DNA of 64,000 nucleotides from Eledone cirrhosa (taxonomy: Eukaryota): NCBI GenBank assembly GCA_964016885.1, contig OZ024741.1, forward strand, positions 136,834,001 through 136,898,000. The letters are read 5' to 3'. Position 1 is the first letter of the stretch, and every line of letters begins with the position of its first letter. This document shows positions 18,350 through 33,451 of this stretch, in pieces. The position numbers were made by a program, and so were the translations under genes. The notes under the pieces are model-generated. The model worked only from the letters and a program-made list of their open reading frames with translations. It did not search any database and was not told the origin of the DNA.

Positions 18350-18790
18350 AAAATATCAATGGAAACTTCTTTCATCAAATAATTGTTTTTAATCTACTTA
18401 CAAATGTTTCGGATGAGCTGTGATTTCAAATTATTCAAATGTTGGAAATTTCATCTTCATCAATAGACTGAATATGAATCTCGGATCACACTTCACCCTC
18501 TTTCCATTGATATTTTGTATGTGCATGCCCTGCTTATTATTAAATGTATAACTAATTTTCCACGCTAATATCTCTATCGTCTCTAAACTCTTATATACAT
18601 GATATAAGCATTGAACTATTCCTTTCTCTGTGAAGCAGGCAATTACACTCTCTAAGTGTATTTCTCTACTTTCTTTTGGGAATTGATAATATAGTTCTAC
18701 TTTTGATAAATATGATATATGTATATAATATAAGGTGCTATTAAGTTAGATATGGCCTGGGCCAATACTCGCCGAAACCTATCAAAGTTA

Positions 18791-18847
<57 letters not shown>

Positions 18848-18918
18848 CAGGAGGAGCGAAGGGTACGTACATGCAACGCATGCAGTGCATGCGTTATAGA
18901 ATCTTGAGTTGATCAATT

Positions 18919-19075
18919 GCGTCGGTTGAAGCAAGCAGAATTTTGGCTGCTTGCTAAATTGTAGACACATGAAAAGATAACACACACACACAGATACATA
19001 CACACAAACAGACGACAGCGTCGGTTGAAGCAAGCAGAATTTTGACTACTTGCTAAATCGTAGACACATAAAAAG

Positions 19076-19085
<10 letters not shown>
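18919..19085. repeat. Tandem duplication, period ~99 bp
   Basis: gcgtcggttgaagcaagcagaattttg...gctaaat...aaaagataacacacac occurs twice. Confidence 0.8.
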
Positions 19086-19111
<26 letters not shown>

Positions 19112-19347
19112 ATAACACTACATGCGGCTTTGACCGGGAGGGTCATTTAGAGGGAATTGTGGGGGGGGGGGCTGCACAGCCCCACTTTCCTCCATGGCGA
19201 TTGGACTGCATGCCCTGCTTTCCAGGTTACCCTTCGCCACTGATATATATATATAGATATAGATATATATACATATATATGTATATATATATATATATAT
19301 AGTGACGAAACATAAGTCAATTGCATGAACTCATAATCCTTTATTTA

Positions 19348-19401
19348 CTGATATATATATTTCGATGATAGCCATTGAATAGCTATGACCTCATCAGGCA
19401 G
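19348..19401 (-). ncRNA. Hammerhead ribozyme-like motif
   Basis: ctgc-CTGATGA-ggt-catagcta-ttcaa-tggctatc-atc-GAAA-tatatata-tcag. Stem III is a TA palindrome. Confidence 0.6.
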
Positions 19402-19510
19402 TTAGTCAGTTCTTAGATATGCCAGCTCTGTGTTTATAGTGTTGATGGCATCAGATCCTTGGGACATATGAGCTTGTTAGGAATAATTTAATGTTGTCAG
19501 CAGGACAATA

Positions 19511-19598
<88 letters not shown>

Positions 19599-19847
19599 TA
19601 TGTGTATATATATATGCCTGTGTGTGTATGTGTATATATATATATCTGTGTGTGTATATATATATGTATACATACACTCATATATATATATATACATACA
19701 CACACATATATATTTCAAAATACAATGGGAAGCACAAGGACAAAAATATACTGAAAAAATCGCTCCAGCATTTTCTACTGCATTCTTTTGCATTTTCCTA
19801 CTTGTTTATATATATATATATATACATGTATATATATACATTTTATC

Positions 19848-19953
<106 letters not shown>

Positions 19954-20030
19954 CATATATATATATACATATACATATATATACATATACATATATATAC
20001 ATATATATATATACATATATATATGTATAC

Positions 20031-20071
<41 letters not shown>

Positions 20072-20250
20072 CATATGTATATATATGTAGATTTGTATAT
20101 ATATGTATATATATATGTAGATATGTATATATATGTATATATATATATGTAGATATGTATATATATGTATATATATACCTATACATATATATATATATAT
20201 ACATATATATAAATACATATATATACATATATATATATACATATATATAC

Positions 20251-20283
<33 letters not shown>

Positions 20284-20500
20284 CATATATATATGTATAC
20301 ATATATATATATATACATATATATATGTATACATATATATATATATACATATATATATGTATACATATACATATATATATACATATATATATATATGTAT
20401 ACATATATATATATATACATAAATATATGTATACATATATATATATATACATATATATATATATGTATACATATATATATATACATATATATATGTATAC

Positions 20501-20579
<79 letters not shown>

Positions 20580-20694
20580 CATATATATACATATCTACAT
20601 ATATATATATATACATATATATACATATCTACATATATATATATACATATATATACATATATATACATATATATACATATCTACATATATATAC

Positions 20695-20727
<33 letters not shown>

Positions 20728-20802
20728 CATATATATACATATATACATATATATATACATATATTTATACATATATATATATACATATATATACATATAT
20801 AC

Positions 20803-20881
<79 letters not shown>

Positions 20882-20985
20882 CATATATATATATACATAT
20901 ATATAGATATATACATATATATATAAACATATATATATACATATATATATATATACATATATATATATACATATATATATACATA

Positions 20986-21452
20986 TAAAATACAATATGT
21001 TGAGAAGGTAACACACCAGAGAGAGATATATAGTGCGTTATCAATAATACAGGGAAAAAACCACCAGTGTATGGAATCTATAACCTATGAAAAAAATACA
21101 CTGGTGGTTTTTTCCCCTGTATTATTGATAACGCAATATATATCTCTCTCTAGTGTGTTACCTTCTCAACATATTGTATTTTAAAGAGCTCAGGATCTCC
21201 TCTCCTTTGAGCACATTATTTACAGGATTGGCAGTATCGGTAGAGGGTCGGACGCCATGCTTTCCAGCATAGTTACGTCCCTTTACGATCTGAGTTCAAA
21301 TCCCGCCGAGGTTGACTTTGTCTTTCATCCTTACGGGGTCGATAAAATAAAGTACCAGTAATGCACTGGGTAATTGTTGGCCTTGTGCCTAAAGTAGAAA
21401 CAATTATTTACAGGGAATAACGACGGCCTATGCCTCCGTTAATTTATCGTGA
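20986..21452 (+). mobile_element. Inverted mini-element (family of 9175-9400) carrying a nested SINE
   Basis: Arms at about 20986-21075 and 21097-21184. The remaining sequence is colinear with about 9320-9400 once the SINE is removed. Confidence 0.75.
21227..21402 (+). mobile_element. tRNA-derived SINE (family A) with a 12-bp target-site duplication
   Basis: A-box tggcagtatcgg and B-box gttcaaatcc. TSD attatttacagg at 21215-21226 and 21403-21414. Confidence 0.88.
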
Positions 21453-21507
21453 TATATATACATATATATATATATACATATACATATATATACATATATA
21501 TATATAC

Positions 21508-21544
<37 letters not shown>

Positions 21545-21629
21545 CATATATATATACATATATATACATATATATATACATATATATATACATATATATA
21601 CATATATATATATACATATATATATATAC

Positions 21630-21702
<73 letters not shown>

Positions 21703-21859
21703 CATACATATATATATATACATATACATACATATATATATATACATATACATACATATATATATATACATATACATATATATACATATATATATATACA
21801 TATACATATATATATACATATATATATATACATATACATATATATATATATACATATAC

Positions 21860-21910
<51 letters not shown>

Positions 21911-21959
21911 CATATACATATATACATATATACATATATACATATATATATATATATAT

Positions 21960-22457
21960 TAGAAAATAGAATTTTTTACTAAAGGAATTTTAGGCTGATA
22001 ATGAGGTTTAGAACCCTCAGATAAATGAAAAAAAGATGAGTATTGACATACATGGGAGTCGAACCCACATCTTTTTCCATTTATCTGTGTGTTTCTAAAC
22101 CCCATTATCAGACTAACATTCCTTTAGTCAAAAATACGGTGAAAGCTATTCTATTTTCTAATTTCAAACCTGCTCATTGTTTCAAAACATACTTACTTGC
22201 CATTTAAACTCGCTAAGAATGTAGTTTCTAATTTGAATGGAAAGAGATGGGTGATGTGTTGGTGTAATGGTAGCACAGTGGTCGCGATAACCAAAGATGT
22301 GGGTTCGACTCCCATGTACGTTAATACTCATCTTTTTCCATTTATCTGAGGGTTCTAAACCCCATTATCAGGCTAAAATTCCTTTAGTCAAAAATACGGT
22401 GAAAGCTATTCTATTTTCTAATTTCAAACCTGCTCACAGTTTCAAAACATACTTACT

Positions 22458-22460
<3 letters not shown>
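21960..22460 (+). mobile_element. 260-bp tandem unit containing a tRNA-like segment, with an inverted 5' arm, in (TA)n
   Basis: cctttagtcaaaaatacggtgaaagc occurs at 22121 and 22381. tRNA-like sequence at about 22256-22322 (tggtgtaatggtagcac; gtgggttcgactcccat). About 21960-22072 is the reverse complement of about 22295-22421. A partial copy lies at about 24388-24440. Confidence 0.7.
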
Positions 22461-22494
<34 letters not shown>

Positions 22495-22517
22495 CATATA
22501 TATATATATATATACAC

Positions 22518-22552
<35 letters not shown>

Positions 22553-22585
22553 CATATATATATACATATATATACATATATATAC

Positions 22586-22616
<31 letters not shown>

Positions 22617-22703
22617 CATATATATATATACATATATATATATAGACATATATATATATAGACATATATATATATATACACATATATATGTATATACATA
22701 TAC

Positions 22704-22750
<47 letters not shown>

Positions 22751-22751
22751 C

Positions 22752-22826
<75 letters not shown>

Positions 22827-22838
22827 CATACATATATA

Positions 22839-22893
<55 letters not shown>

Positions 22894-23175
22894 ATACATA
22901 TATATACATATACATATATATATACATACATATATAAATATATACCTATATATATACATATACATATATATATACATATATATATATATACATACATATA
23001 TATATATATACATACATATATATATATATACATATATATATATACATATATATATATACATATATATATACATATATATACATATATATATATACATATA
23101 TATATACATATATATATACATATATACATATATATATATACATATATATATACATATATATACATATATATATAC

Positions 23176-23224
<49 letters not shown>

Positions 23225-23433
23225 CATATACATATATATATATACATATATATATACATATATATATATACATATATATATATACATATATACATATATA
23301 TATACATATATATATATACATATATACATATATATATACATATATATATACATATATACATATATATATATATATACATATATATATACATATATATATA
23401 TATATACATATATATATACATATATATATATAT

Positions 23434-23484
<51 letters not shown>

Positions 23485-23491
23485 TATATAC

Positions 23492-23556
<65 letters not shown>

Positions 23557-23563
23557 TATATAC

Positions 23564-23606
<43 letters not shown>

Positions 23607-23613
23607 TATATAC

Positions 23614-23663
<50 letters not shown>

Positions 23664-23680
23664 ATATATATATATGCGTG

Positions 23681-23760
<80 letters not shown>

Positions 23761-24059
23761 ATATATATGTATGTATATATATATATATATATATATGTGT
23801 GTATATATATATGTATATGTATCTATTTATAAAACAAACTTTGTATTTTATCTGATGAAAGCGTACCGATGTTGTCTTGGTTGCCCTTGGAATATATATA
23901 ATAAAATAAATATGGTTTTATGAATATAGTTTCCATTCATTTAATATCATTGAATATTTACTCCAGTTGACTGTTGAGTGCTCTAAATCAGTTATAAACA
24001 TTTATGTTTGTCGGACTTCCAACAAATTAAATACAACTTCTACTTTATATATATATATA

Positions 24060-24151
24060 TTTCAAAATACAATGGGAAACACAAGGACAAAAATATACTG
24101 AAAAAATCCGTCCACCATTTTCTACTGTATTTTTTTCCTTTTTACTATTTG

Positions 24152-24232
<81 letters not shown>

Positions 24233-24320
24233 AAATAGTAAAAAGGAAAAAAATACAGTAGAAAATGGTGGAGGGACTTTTTCTGTATATTTTTGTCCTT
24301 GTGTTTCCCATTGTATTTTG

Positions 24321-24323
<3 letters not shown>
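24060..24323. mobile_element. Inverted pair of a ~95-bp repeat enclosing a (TA)n tract
   Basis: tttcaaaatacaatgggaaacacaaggac... and its reverse complement. Other copies at about 19712-19808 and 25580-25637, and a fragment at about 26290. Confidence 0.7.
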
Positions 24324-24395
<72 letters not shown>

Positions 24396-24438
24396 ATTAT
24401 CAGGCTAAAATTCCTTTAGTCAAAAATACGGTGAAAGC

Positions 24439-24470
<32 letters not shown>

Positions 24471-24604
24471 TATATACATATATACATATATATGTAAATA
24501 TATATATATATATACATATATATGTATATATATATATGTATATATATACATATATATATATGTGTGTATACTTATATATATATATATATACATATATACA
24601 TATA

Positions 24605-24643
<39 letters not shown>

Positions 24644-24646
24644 ACT

Positions 24647-24678
<32 letters not shown>

Positions 24679-24763
24679 TATATGTATACTTATATATATA
24701 TATATATATATAATATATATATGTATGTATACTTATATATATATATATATATATGTATGTATA

Positions 24764-24810
<47 letters not shown>

Positions 24811-24811
24811 A

Positions 24812-24846
<35 letters not shown>

Positions 24847-24877
24847 ATACTTATATATATATATATATATATGTATA

Positions 24878-24930
<53 letters not shown>

Positions 24931-24975
24931 TTATATATATATATATATATGTATACTTATATATATATATGTATA

Positions 24976-25034
<59 letters not shown>

Positions 25035-25059
25035 ACTTATATATATATATATATGTATA

Positions 25060-25120
<61 letters not shown>

Positions 25121-25125
25121 GTATA

Positions 25126-25175
<50 letters not shown>

Positions 25176-25179
25176 TATG

Positions 25180-25223
<44 letters not shown>

Positions 25224-25399
25224 TATGTATATATATATATATACACACATATATATATATAAGTATACACACACACATATATATATATATGTATATATAT
25301 ATACATATATATATACATATATATGTATATATATACGTATACACACACACACATATATATATATATGTATATATATATATACATATATATATACACATA

Positions 25400-25481
<82 letters not shown>

Positions 25482-25829
25482 TATATAGATATATAGATAC
25501 ATATATATGTATATATGTATATATATATATATATAAATAAAATTAGTCCTTCATCAGTGATTTTCCAACCATCATTATATAAGGAAAAAAATACAGTAGA
25601 AATTGCTGGAGGGATTTTTTTCAGTATATTTTCAAAACGTTTATTTATAAAATGGGTATTTCCGCATTTAATCGAGATACCGGTTTCAGCATTATATCCG
25701 AATAGTAATAAAATGGAGAAGAAAAGTTATTAGTTTTTACATACATATTTAGAGAGGAAAGTTCATGTTTCTGTCCGACGCTATCCTTCTTTCTTGTCTA
25801 GTTGACCAACAGAGGTGGTAGTAGTTTAC

Positions 25830-25888
<59 letters not shown>

Positions 25889-26538
25889 TGAGTAAAATTA
25901 GAAGTTGCAGCAGCGATCAACATTTTTCGAAATCAATGAGATGATATTGATAAATCGATAGCTTATAGCTCAGAGTAATAACAAATTGTGACCGGAGAGA
26001 TGTCGCCACAAAAGCCACTACAACAACGAAAATACACATAGATATATACATATATGTATATATATATATATGTATATATAAATATATATATATATATATA
26101 TTATATTATTCATTTATGTTCATACACGGAACAAAAGCGCTACCCAAGGTTTCAAGGCCCAACACTGGGCCAATAATATAATATTTCTGCTCCCTTCCCG
26201 ATTGGGCAGTGTTTTTCTTTTCCCTTTATCTCATCTACGTATATTGCTATATACCCACACACAATATACATATATATATATATATTCCCCTGTGTTTCCC
26301 ATTGTTTTTTGAAATATATATATATATATATGATATATATAGACGTGAAAGAAAAAAAAGTAATTTCTGGATGTTGATATAACCGTTAACATCATTCAAA
26401 GTAGAACTGCAGCATGGCCACAGTCTGATCACTAAAACCAGTAAATGAATAAAAATATAGAAGAATATACAGTACAATTGTATAACGATAATATAAAACC
26501 TAATTTTAATGTATTCTGACATTTCAGAGCTATTCACG

Positions 26539-26605
26539 ATGCCTCTAATTTACAACCGAGTCGTATTTCTCAAGCTTCTCTTCATACTGCTGCCAGTTTT
26601 ATCAG
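26539..26605 (+). CDS. Coding exon 1 of a secreted prepro-peptide (signal peptide MPLIYNRVVFLKLLFILLPVLS)
   Basis: Acceptor tttcag ends at 26527, ATG at 26539, hydrophobic core, donor AG|GTAAGT after 26605 (phase 1). Confidence 0.8.
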
Positions 26606-26699
26606 GTAAGTGTTCTTCGATTTTTTTTCTAACCTTCCTATAAGCTGAGTCTGAACACATATTTCGGCAGCACCCGCTTACTTACGACCAACTGTAATG

Positions 26700-28417
26700 G
26701 CTGATCCAGCCTGTCCACCGGGAGCATGAGGTGGAGTGACAGTTCCAGTACGTCTGCCTTCCAATCCTCTGGGGCAATGATTTCTTCAGTCTGTCCACTG
26801 GTACCACGACGCGGAGTGGCTGTTCCAGCGTGTCTCGCCCACTATCCTCCACTGCAATGTCTCCTCCAACCTGTCCACTGGTACCACGACGCGGAGTGGC
26901 TGTTCCAGCGTGTCTCGCCCACTATCCTCCACTGCAATGTCTCCTCCAGCCTGTCTACTGGTACCACGAGGTGGAGTGGCTGTTCCAGCGTGTCTCGCCC
27001 ACTATCCTCCACTGCAATGTCTCCTCCAACCTGTCCACTGGTACCACGAGGTGGAGTGGCTGTTACAGCGTGTCTCGCCCACTATCCTCCACTGCAATGT
27101 CTCCTCCAACCTGTCCACTGGTACCACGAGGTGGAGTGGCTGTTCCAGCGTGTCTCGCCCACTATCCTCCACTGCAATGTCTCCTCCAACCTGTCCACTG
27201 GTACCACGAGGTGGAGTGGCTGTTCCAGCGTGTCTCGCCCACTATCCTCCACTGCAATGTCTCCTCCAGCCTGTCCACTGGTACCACGAGGTGGAGTGGT
27301 TGTTCCAGCGTGTCTCGCCCACTATCCTCCACTGCAATGTCTCCTCCAGTCTGTCTACTGGTACCACGAGGTGGAGTGGCTGTTCCAGCGTGTCTCGCCC
27401 ACTATCCTCCACTGCAATGTCTCCTCCAGCCTGTCTACTGGTACCACGAGGCGGAGTGGCTGTTCCAGCGTGTCTCGCCCACTATCCTCCACTGCAATGT
27501 CTCCTCCAACCTGTCCACTGGTACCACGAGGTGGAGTGGCTGTTCCAGCGTGTCTCGCCCACTATCCTCCACTGCAATGTCTCCTCCAGCCTGTCTACTG
27601 GTACCACGAGGCGGAGTGGCTGTTCCAGCGTGTCTCGCCCACTATCCTCCACTGCAATGTCTCCTCCAGCCTGTCTACTGGTACCACGAGGCGGAGTGGC
27701 TGTTCCAGCGTGTCTCGCCCACTATCCTCCACTGCAATGTCTCCTCCAACCTGTCCACTGGTACCACGAGGTGGAGTGGCTGTTCCAGCGTGTCTCGCCC
27801 ACTATCCTCCACTGCAATGTCTCCTCCAGCCTGTCTACTGGTACCACGAGGCGGAGTGGCTGTTCCAGCGTGTCTCGCCCACTATCCTCCACTGCAATGT
27901 CTCCTCCAGCCTGTCTACTGGTACCACGAGGCGGAGTGGCTGTTCCAGCGTGTCTCGCCCACTATCCTCCACTGCAATGTCTCCTCCAACCTGTCCACTG
28001 GTACCACGAGGTGGAGTGGCTGTTCCAGCGTGTCTCGCCCACTATCCTCCACTGCAATGTCTCCTCCAGCCTGTCTACTGGTACCACGAGGCGGAGTGGC
28101 TGTTCCAGCGTGTCTCGCCCACTATCCTCCACTGCAATGTCTCCTCCAACCTGTCCACTGGTACCACGAGGCGGAGTGGCTGTTCCAGCATGCTTCCGAC
28201 GCCATTCTCCGGGGAAATGTCTTCTCCCTCCTGTCCACCGGGATCACGAGGTGGAGTGACTCTTCCAGCACGTCTCTCCCGCCATCCTCCGAATAAATGC
28301 CTCCTCCATCCTTTCTGCCAAGATCACAAGGCAGAGTGGCTGTTCTAGCGCGTCTCGCTCGCCATCCTCCTGGTAAATGTTTTCTCCATCCTGTCCGACG
28401 GGACCACGAGGCGGTGA
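26700..28417 (+). repeat. 80-bp GC-rich minisatellite, ~21 units (about 17 homogeneous), derived from a CRE-like LINE 3' end
   Basis: Unit gtaccacgaggtggagtggctgttccagcgtgtctcgcccactatcctccactgcaatgtctcctccaacctgtccactg. Diverged terminal units stay in register. The unit aligns without gaps to the minus strand of 14150-14239. Confidence 0.92.
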
Positions 28418-28812
28418 TTTATATTAATATATGATATGGATATTTATTATTTTCAATTCAGACATTGTTCTCCTGTCACTTGGTACTATGAAATAACTTC
28501 TTACTAAGAGGGTCTATGTTATGGATAGAGAGATACTAATGATTATGTCACAATTCAGTTAACATGTAGAATATGAAGACAGGAACTGACACATTGTATG
28601 TAAGGTCCATAAAATGTATAAGGTAAACACCCAATTGACGTTAGAAATGTAGTCGTCCCAATATAAATAACTATAATAATTGCTGATAAATAGAAATAAT
28701 ATTTGGGATAATCAGATAAAGGAGCCTGAAAAAAATATGGACAGTGAAGCCTGCGACCACTTTTTCCCGCCGCCAAGGGGTATTTTACCTCAACTATTAT
28801 TTTTAGTGATTG

Positions 28813-29022
28813 ATTTGGCAGTATCGGTAGAGCGACAGACATAGAGTTGCAGCATAGATTTACGGCCCTTTACGTTCTGAGTTCAAATCCCACCGAGGTT
28901 AGCTTTGCCTTTCATCCTTACGCGGTCGATAAAATAAAGCACCAGTAATTCACTGGGGTAGATTTAATCGACTTTTCCCTCCCCCAAAATTGCTGGGTTT
29001 CTGCCTATAGTAGTAATCATTA
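28813..29022 (+). mobile_element. tRNA-derived SINE (family A)
   Basis: ttggcagtatcggtagagcg...gagttcaaatcccaccgagg...ctttgcctttcatcc...gtcgataaaataaag. Confidence 0.85.
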
Positions 29023-29476
29023 TTATAGTCATTTATGTTGGGACGACTACATTTCAAATTTCCTCAATATTTCTTAAGTCAACTGGATGTTTTCCTTATA
29101 AATTTTATGGTTCCGAATACAATATGTTTGGACGTGAGTAGACGAGTATTGAAGTATGTGGGTACAAACACAAAGTAAAAAATATTTCCATTGTTCTTGT
29201 TACTAAATGATTTAAAGCGCTTAATTAAAGGATTTTCATCTTTAATGCATAGTTTTTGTTTATTTTGTGTCCATTTTATTTTTTCGTATGTGTGTGAATG
29301 TCTATGGATGCATTGTATATTGTAAAGCTTCTACTGTGTCCAGTGAAAGCTTTGCAATATAGCGGCCGATGGCAATTTCTTTTTCCGTCTTTAAGAGTCT
29401 TCACTGTATTTCATAAGCTATTTTATAGCATCACTGCACATAACCACACAATCCTTTATATATATATATAGGGTGA

Positions 29477-29605
<129 letters not shown>

Positions 29606-29768
29606 GATTTTGAGTTTATGTTGGTTGTATACTAATTCAAACTGCCTGAAGAGGTCACAGCCAAAGATGGCTGTCACTGAAATATATATAGCAGTAATAA
29701 ACGAAGCAAAATTTTAATCATTTGACTTTTATTTAACTTTATTTTATATATATATATATATATATATA

Positions 29769-29940
29769 ATGAAGGAGTTGGACCATAACGCACCAGAGTA
29801 CTCAATACTTAGGGTAGTAGAGTGGGTAATAGGAGAAAGTATGACCCCGACGACAGAGCTCAAGCCATTTCGACGGCTATTTCTGTTCAGAAATAGCCGT
29901 CGAAACGGCTTGAGCTCTGCCGTCGGGGTCATACTTTCTC
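29769..29940. mobile_element. Fold-back mini-element carrying the 3' half of a hammerhead (family P)
   Basis: Palindrome centred at about 29885 (atttctg-tt-cagaaat). The arm reads agccgtc-GAAA-cggc-ttgagctct-gccg-TC^gggg. Copies at about 1902-1960, 31144-31275, 32125-32185, 42912-43100 and 54769-54970. Confidence 0.8.
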
Positions 29941-29944
29941 ATAT

Positions 29945-29978
<34 letters not shown>

Positions 29979-29985
29979 GGATTCA

Positions 29986-31128
29986 AGTATGGTATACCGG
30001 TGTACTGTGAATTCAGGCAATTCTACCTGGCACTACATAAGTTCCACAGCTGGTGGGTTTAAGAAAAGGTGGTACGTCCACAGACACTCCATGAAGAACC
30101 GTGCACTGGAGAACTCTACGACGCTCGCCAATAAAATCTGGCAGCTTAAGGACAGAAACCTAGAATATAAGATTAGCTGGTCAAAATTATCGGTAGCGAA
30201 AGCCTACAACAACGGTATGTCCCACTGCGAGCTTTGTAATTTAGAACTACTACATATGTTAAGGTACGGTGGGATGCTGCTTAACAGCAAAATAGAAAGA
30301 TCTTTTTTCTGTAGACATAAAATAGCTACTAGATTCACAAACTTTAAACCACCATGAATTGAACCAGCAATCCCAAAATTAGTACTGAACCACCTAGATT
30401 TTAACATATAGAAGACACACCATCGCATTGCTATTAGCTATCAAACGGCCAACTGGTCACTGGATCATAAATCTCTGAACATTTCTTTCACCCTCTCCCC
30501 CTGAAACAGCATCAACCCCATTAAGATAGAACAATTAGCAAAACATTTACAACAAGCGTTTATCAAATGTCCCGTCATCCCTAGCCCATAAATATCATAC
30601 ATAATTTATTGTCTCTTTTATCGGACTCTCTACACATATCTATGTACATCTCGAATCTAGTTTCCCACCAACGAATCCTTATGAGAACACTTACTCAAAA
30701 ACTACTACTATGTACTGACACGCTCTCACCTATTTATTTATTTATCTCTTTATATTTTCCATTCTCTCATTTTCTTACTTTTTAATGTACCCTATCTTAT
30801 ATTCTACTTTTACTTTTTACATCTGTAACTTCTCTACCTATTTACCATACATGTATTATTATTGATGTTATTGTTTAGATTATACGTTATTTTATTATTG
30901 ATGTTATTGTTTTAATTATACGCTATTTCTTTATATAAGTCTTGCCTCGGGTGAATTATTTTCATATCTACGTACTCTGATGTGTTGACCAGAGGTGAAT
31001 AATGTATTGGAGATCGAATAACGCAACGATTAGCGAACTCTAAACCCACATGATCAACGAAACAATTGTTAGTACTTTAAATAAAGCCCTTATTGTACAG
31101 CCAACCATGTTAATCTTCATTCTTTAAC
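29986..31128 (+). mobile_element. 5'-truncated Penelope-like element: GIY-YIG C-terminus, 3' UTR and hammerhead-like motif
   Basis: ORF 29977-30357 has VYRCTV...YISST...FKKRWYVH...CELCNLE...LLNSKIE...CRHK. At 30972-31075: gtact-CTGATGT-gttga...tcaac-GAAA-caattg-TT^agtac. TA-flanked. Confidence 0.8.
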
Positions 31129-31269
31129 TATATATATATATATAGGAAAAAGTAAGGACCCCGACGGCTGAACTTGGTCGTTTGATTCTTCCTATTACCC
31201 ACTCTACTACCCTTAGTATCGAGTACTCTGGTGTGTTATGGTCCACCTGGTTTCTTACCACACTTCCTT

Positions 31270-31356
<87 letters not shown>

Positions 31357-31358
<2 letters not shown>

Positions 31359-31918
31359 GATTGGCGTTCATCAGAGCCACGTACTCCCCTGCGTTCACCG
31401 AAAATTATAGAAACTGGATTCTTATGGAATTCCAGTAATAATCAGAAATTGATTATACAGAGCGATTGCTGGTCCAGCAAAAATTAGGTATTAGGATTGG
31501 TGCTCTGAAATAGCGATGTATACATGAATGTAATGTATAGTATATTTGGCTATATACCGTATGTTTAATTAAAAACATTTAGAAGACCATACGCTATCAG
31601 TTTTAAAGTAGTGACTATGTCACTTACTTCTTTTCGGCGAAAGAAGGGAGAGAAGCCGACAGTCTGTTTCACGCTGGTTGGCGTTCATCAGAGCAACGTA
31701 CTCCCCCTGCTTTCGCCGAAATTTATAGATGCTGGATCCTTATAGAATTCCAGTAATAATCAGGAGCTGATGAACGCCAACCAGCGTGAGACAGACTGTC
31801 AGCTTCTCTCCCTTCTTTCGTCGAAATTGAAGTAAGTGATCTAATCACTACTTTAAAACTGATAGCGTAGGGTTTTCTAAATGTGTTTAATTAAACATAC
31901 AGTATATTGCCAAATATA

Positions 31919-31920
<2 letters not shown>
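31357..31920 (-). mobile_element. Retrozyme-like 317-bp tandem unit with hammerhead and inverted arm
   Basis: The tcatcag cores at 31368 and 31685 are 317 bp apart. Intact minus-strand ribozyme at 31655-31694: gct-CTGATGA-acgc-caacca-gcgt-GAAA-cagactg-TC^ggc. The inverted arm at about 31764-31920 has GAGA instead of GAAA. Confidence 0.78.
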
Positions 31921-31966
<46 letters not shown>

Positions 31967-32316
31967 ACAGCTCTCGTGAACCCTTTTGCATGGAGCTTTT
32001 AATCAACCGGTAAAGCAGTTTGACTACTCCAGCTAATAATGTTATTATTACTACTATTATATATATCAGATTGGAGGCGGTAAAAACCAGTTAAACCATT
32101 ACTCACCAGACTACTGGATACTTGGGGTAGTAGAGTGGGTAATATTAGCTGTTTAAACGACCGGAGCTCAGCCGTCGGTGTCCTGAATTTTTTCATATAT
32201 ATATATATATACATATATATATATTTGTTTCTGCTACTTAGACTTACATATGACAATGAATACTTAAATAATTATGACATTAGCAGTTTCTGACCAAGTA
32301 GGACAATAAGAGGTAG

Positions 32317-33447
<1,131 letters not shown>

Positions 33448-33451
<4 letters not shown>

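Noticed and set aside
22256-22322. Functional tRNA gene
   Set aside because: The acceptor and anticodon stems do not pair convincingly and the segment sits inside a repeated element.
26726-28348. Three long ORFs (449-540 aa) or a CRISPR-like array
   Set aside because: Pure 80-bp tandem with no unique spacers and no cas genes in a eukaryotic context. The ORFs follow from a stop-free unit whose length is not a multiple of 3.
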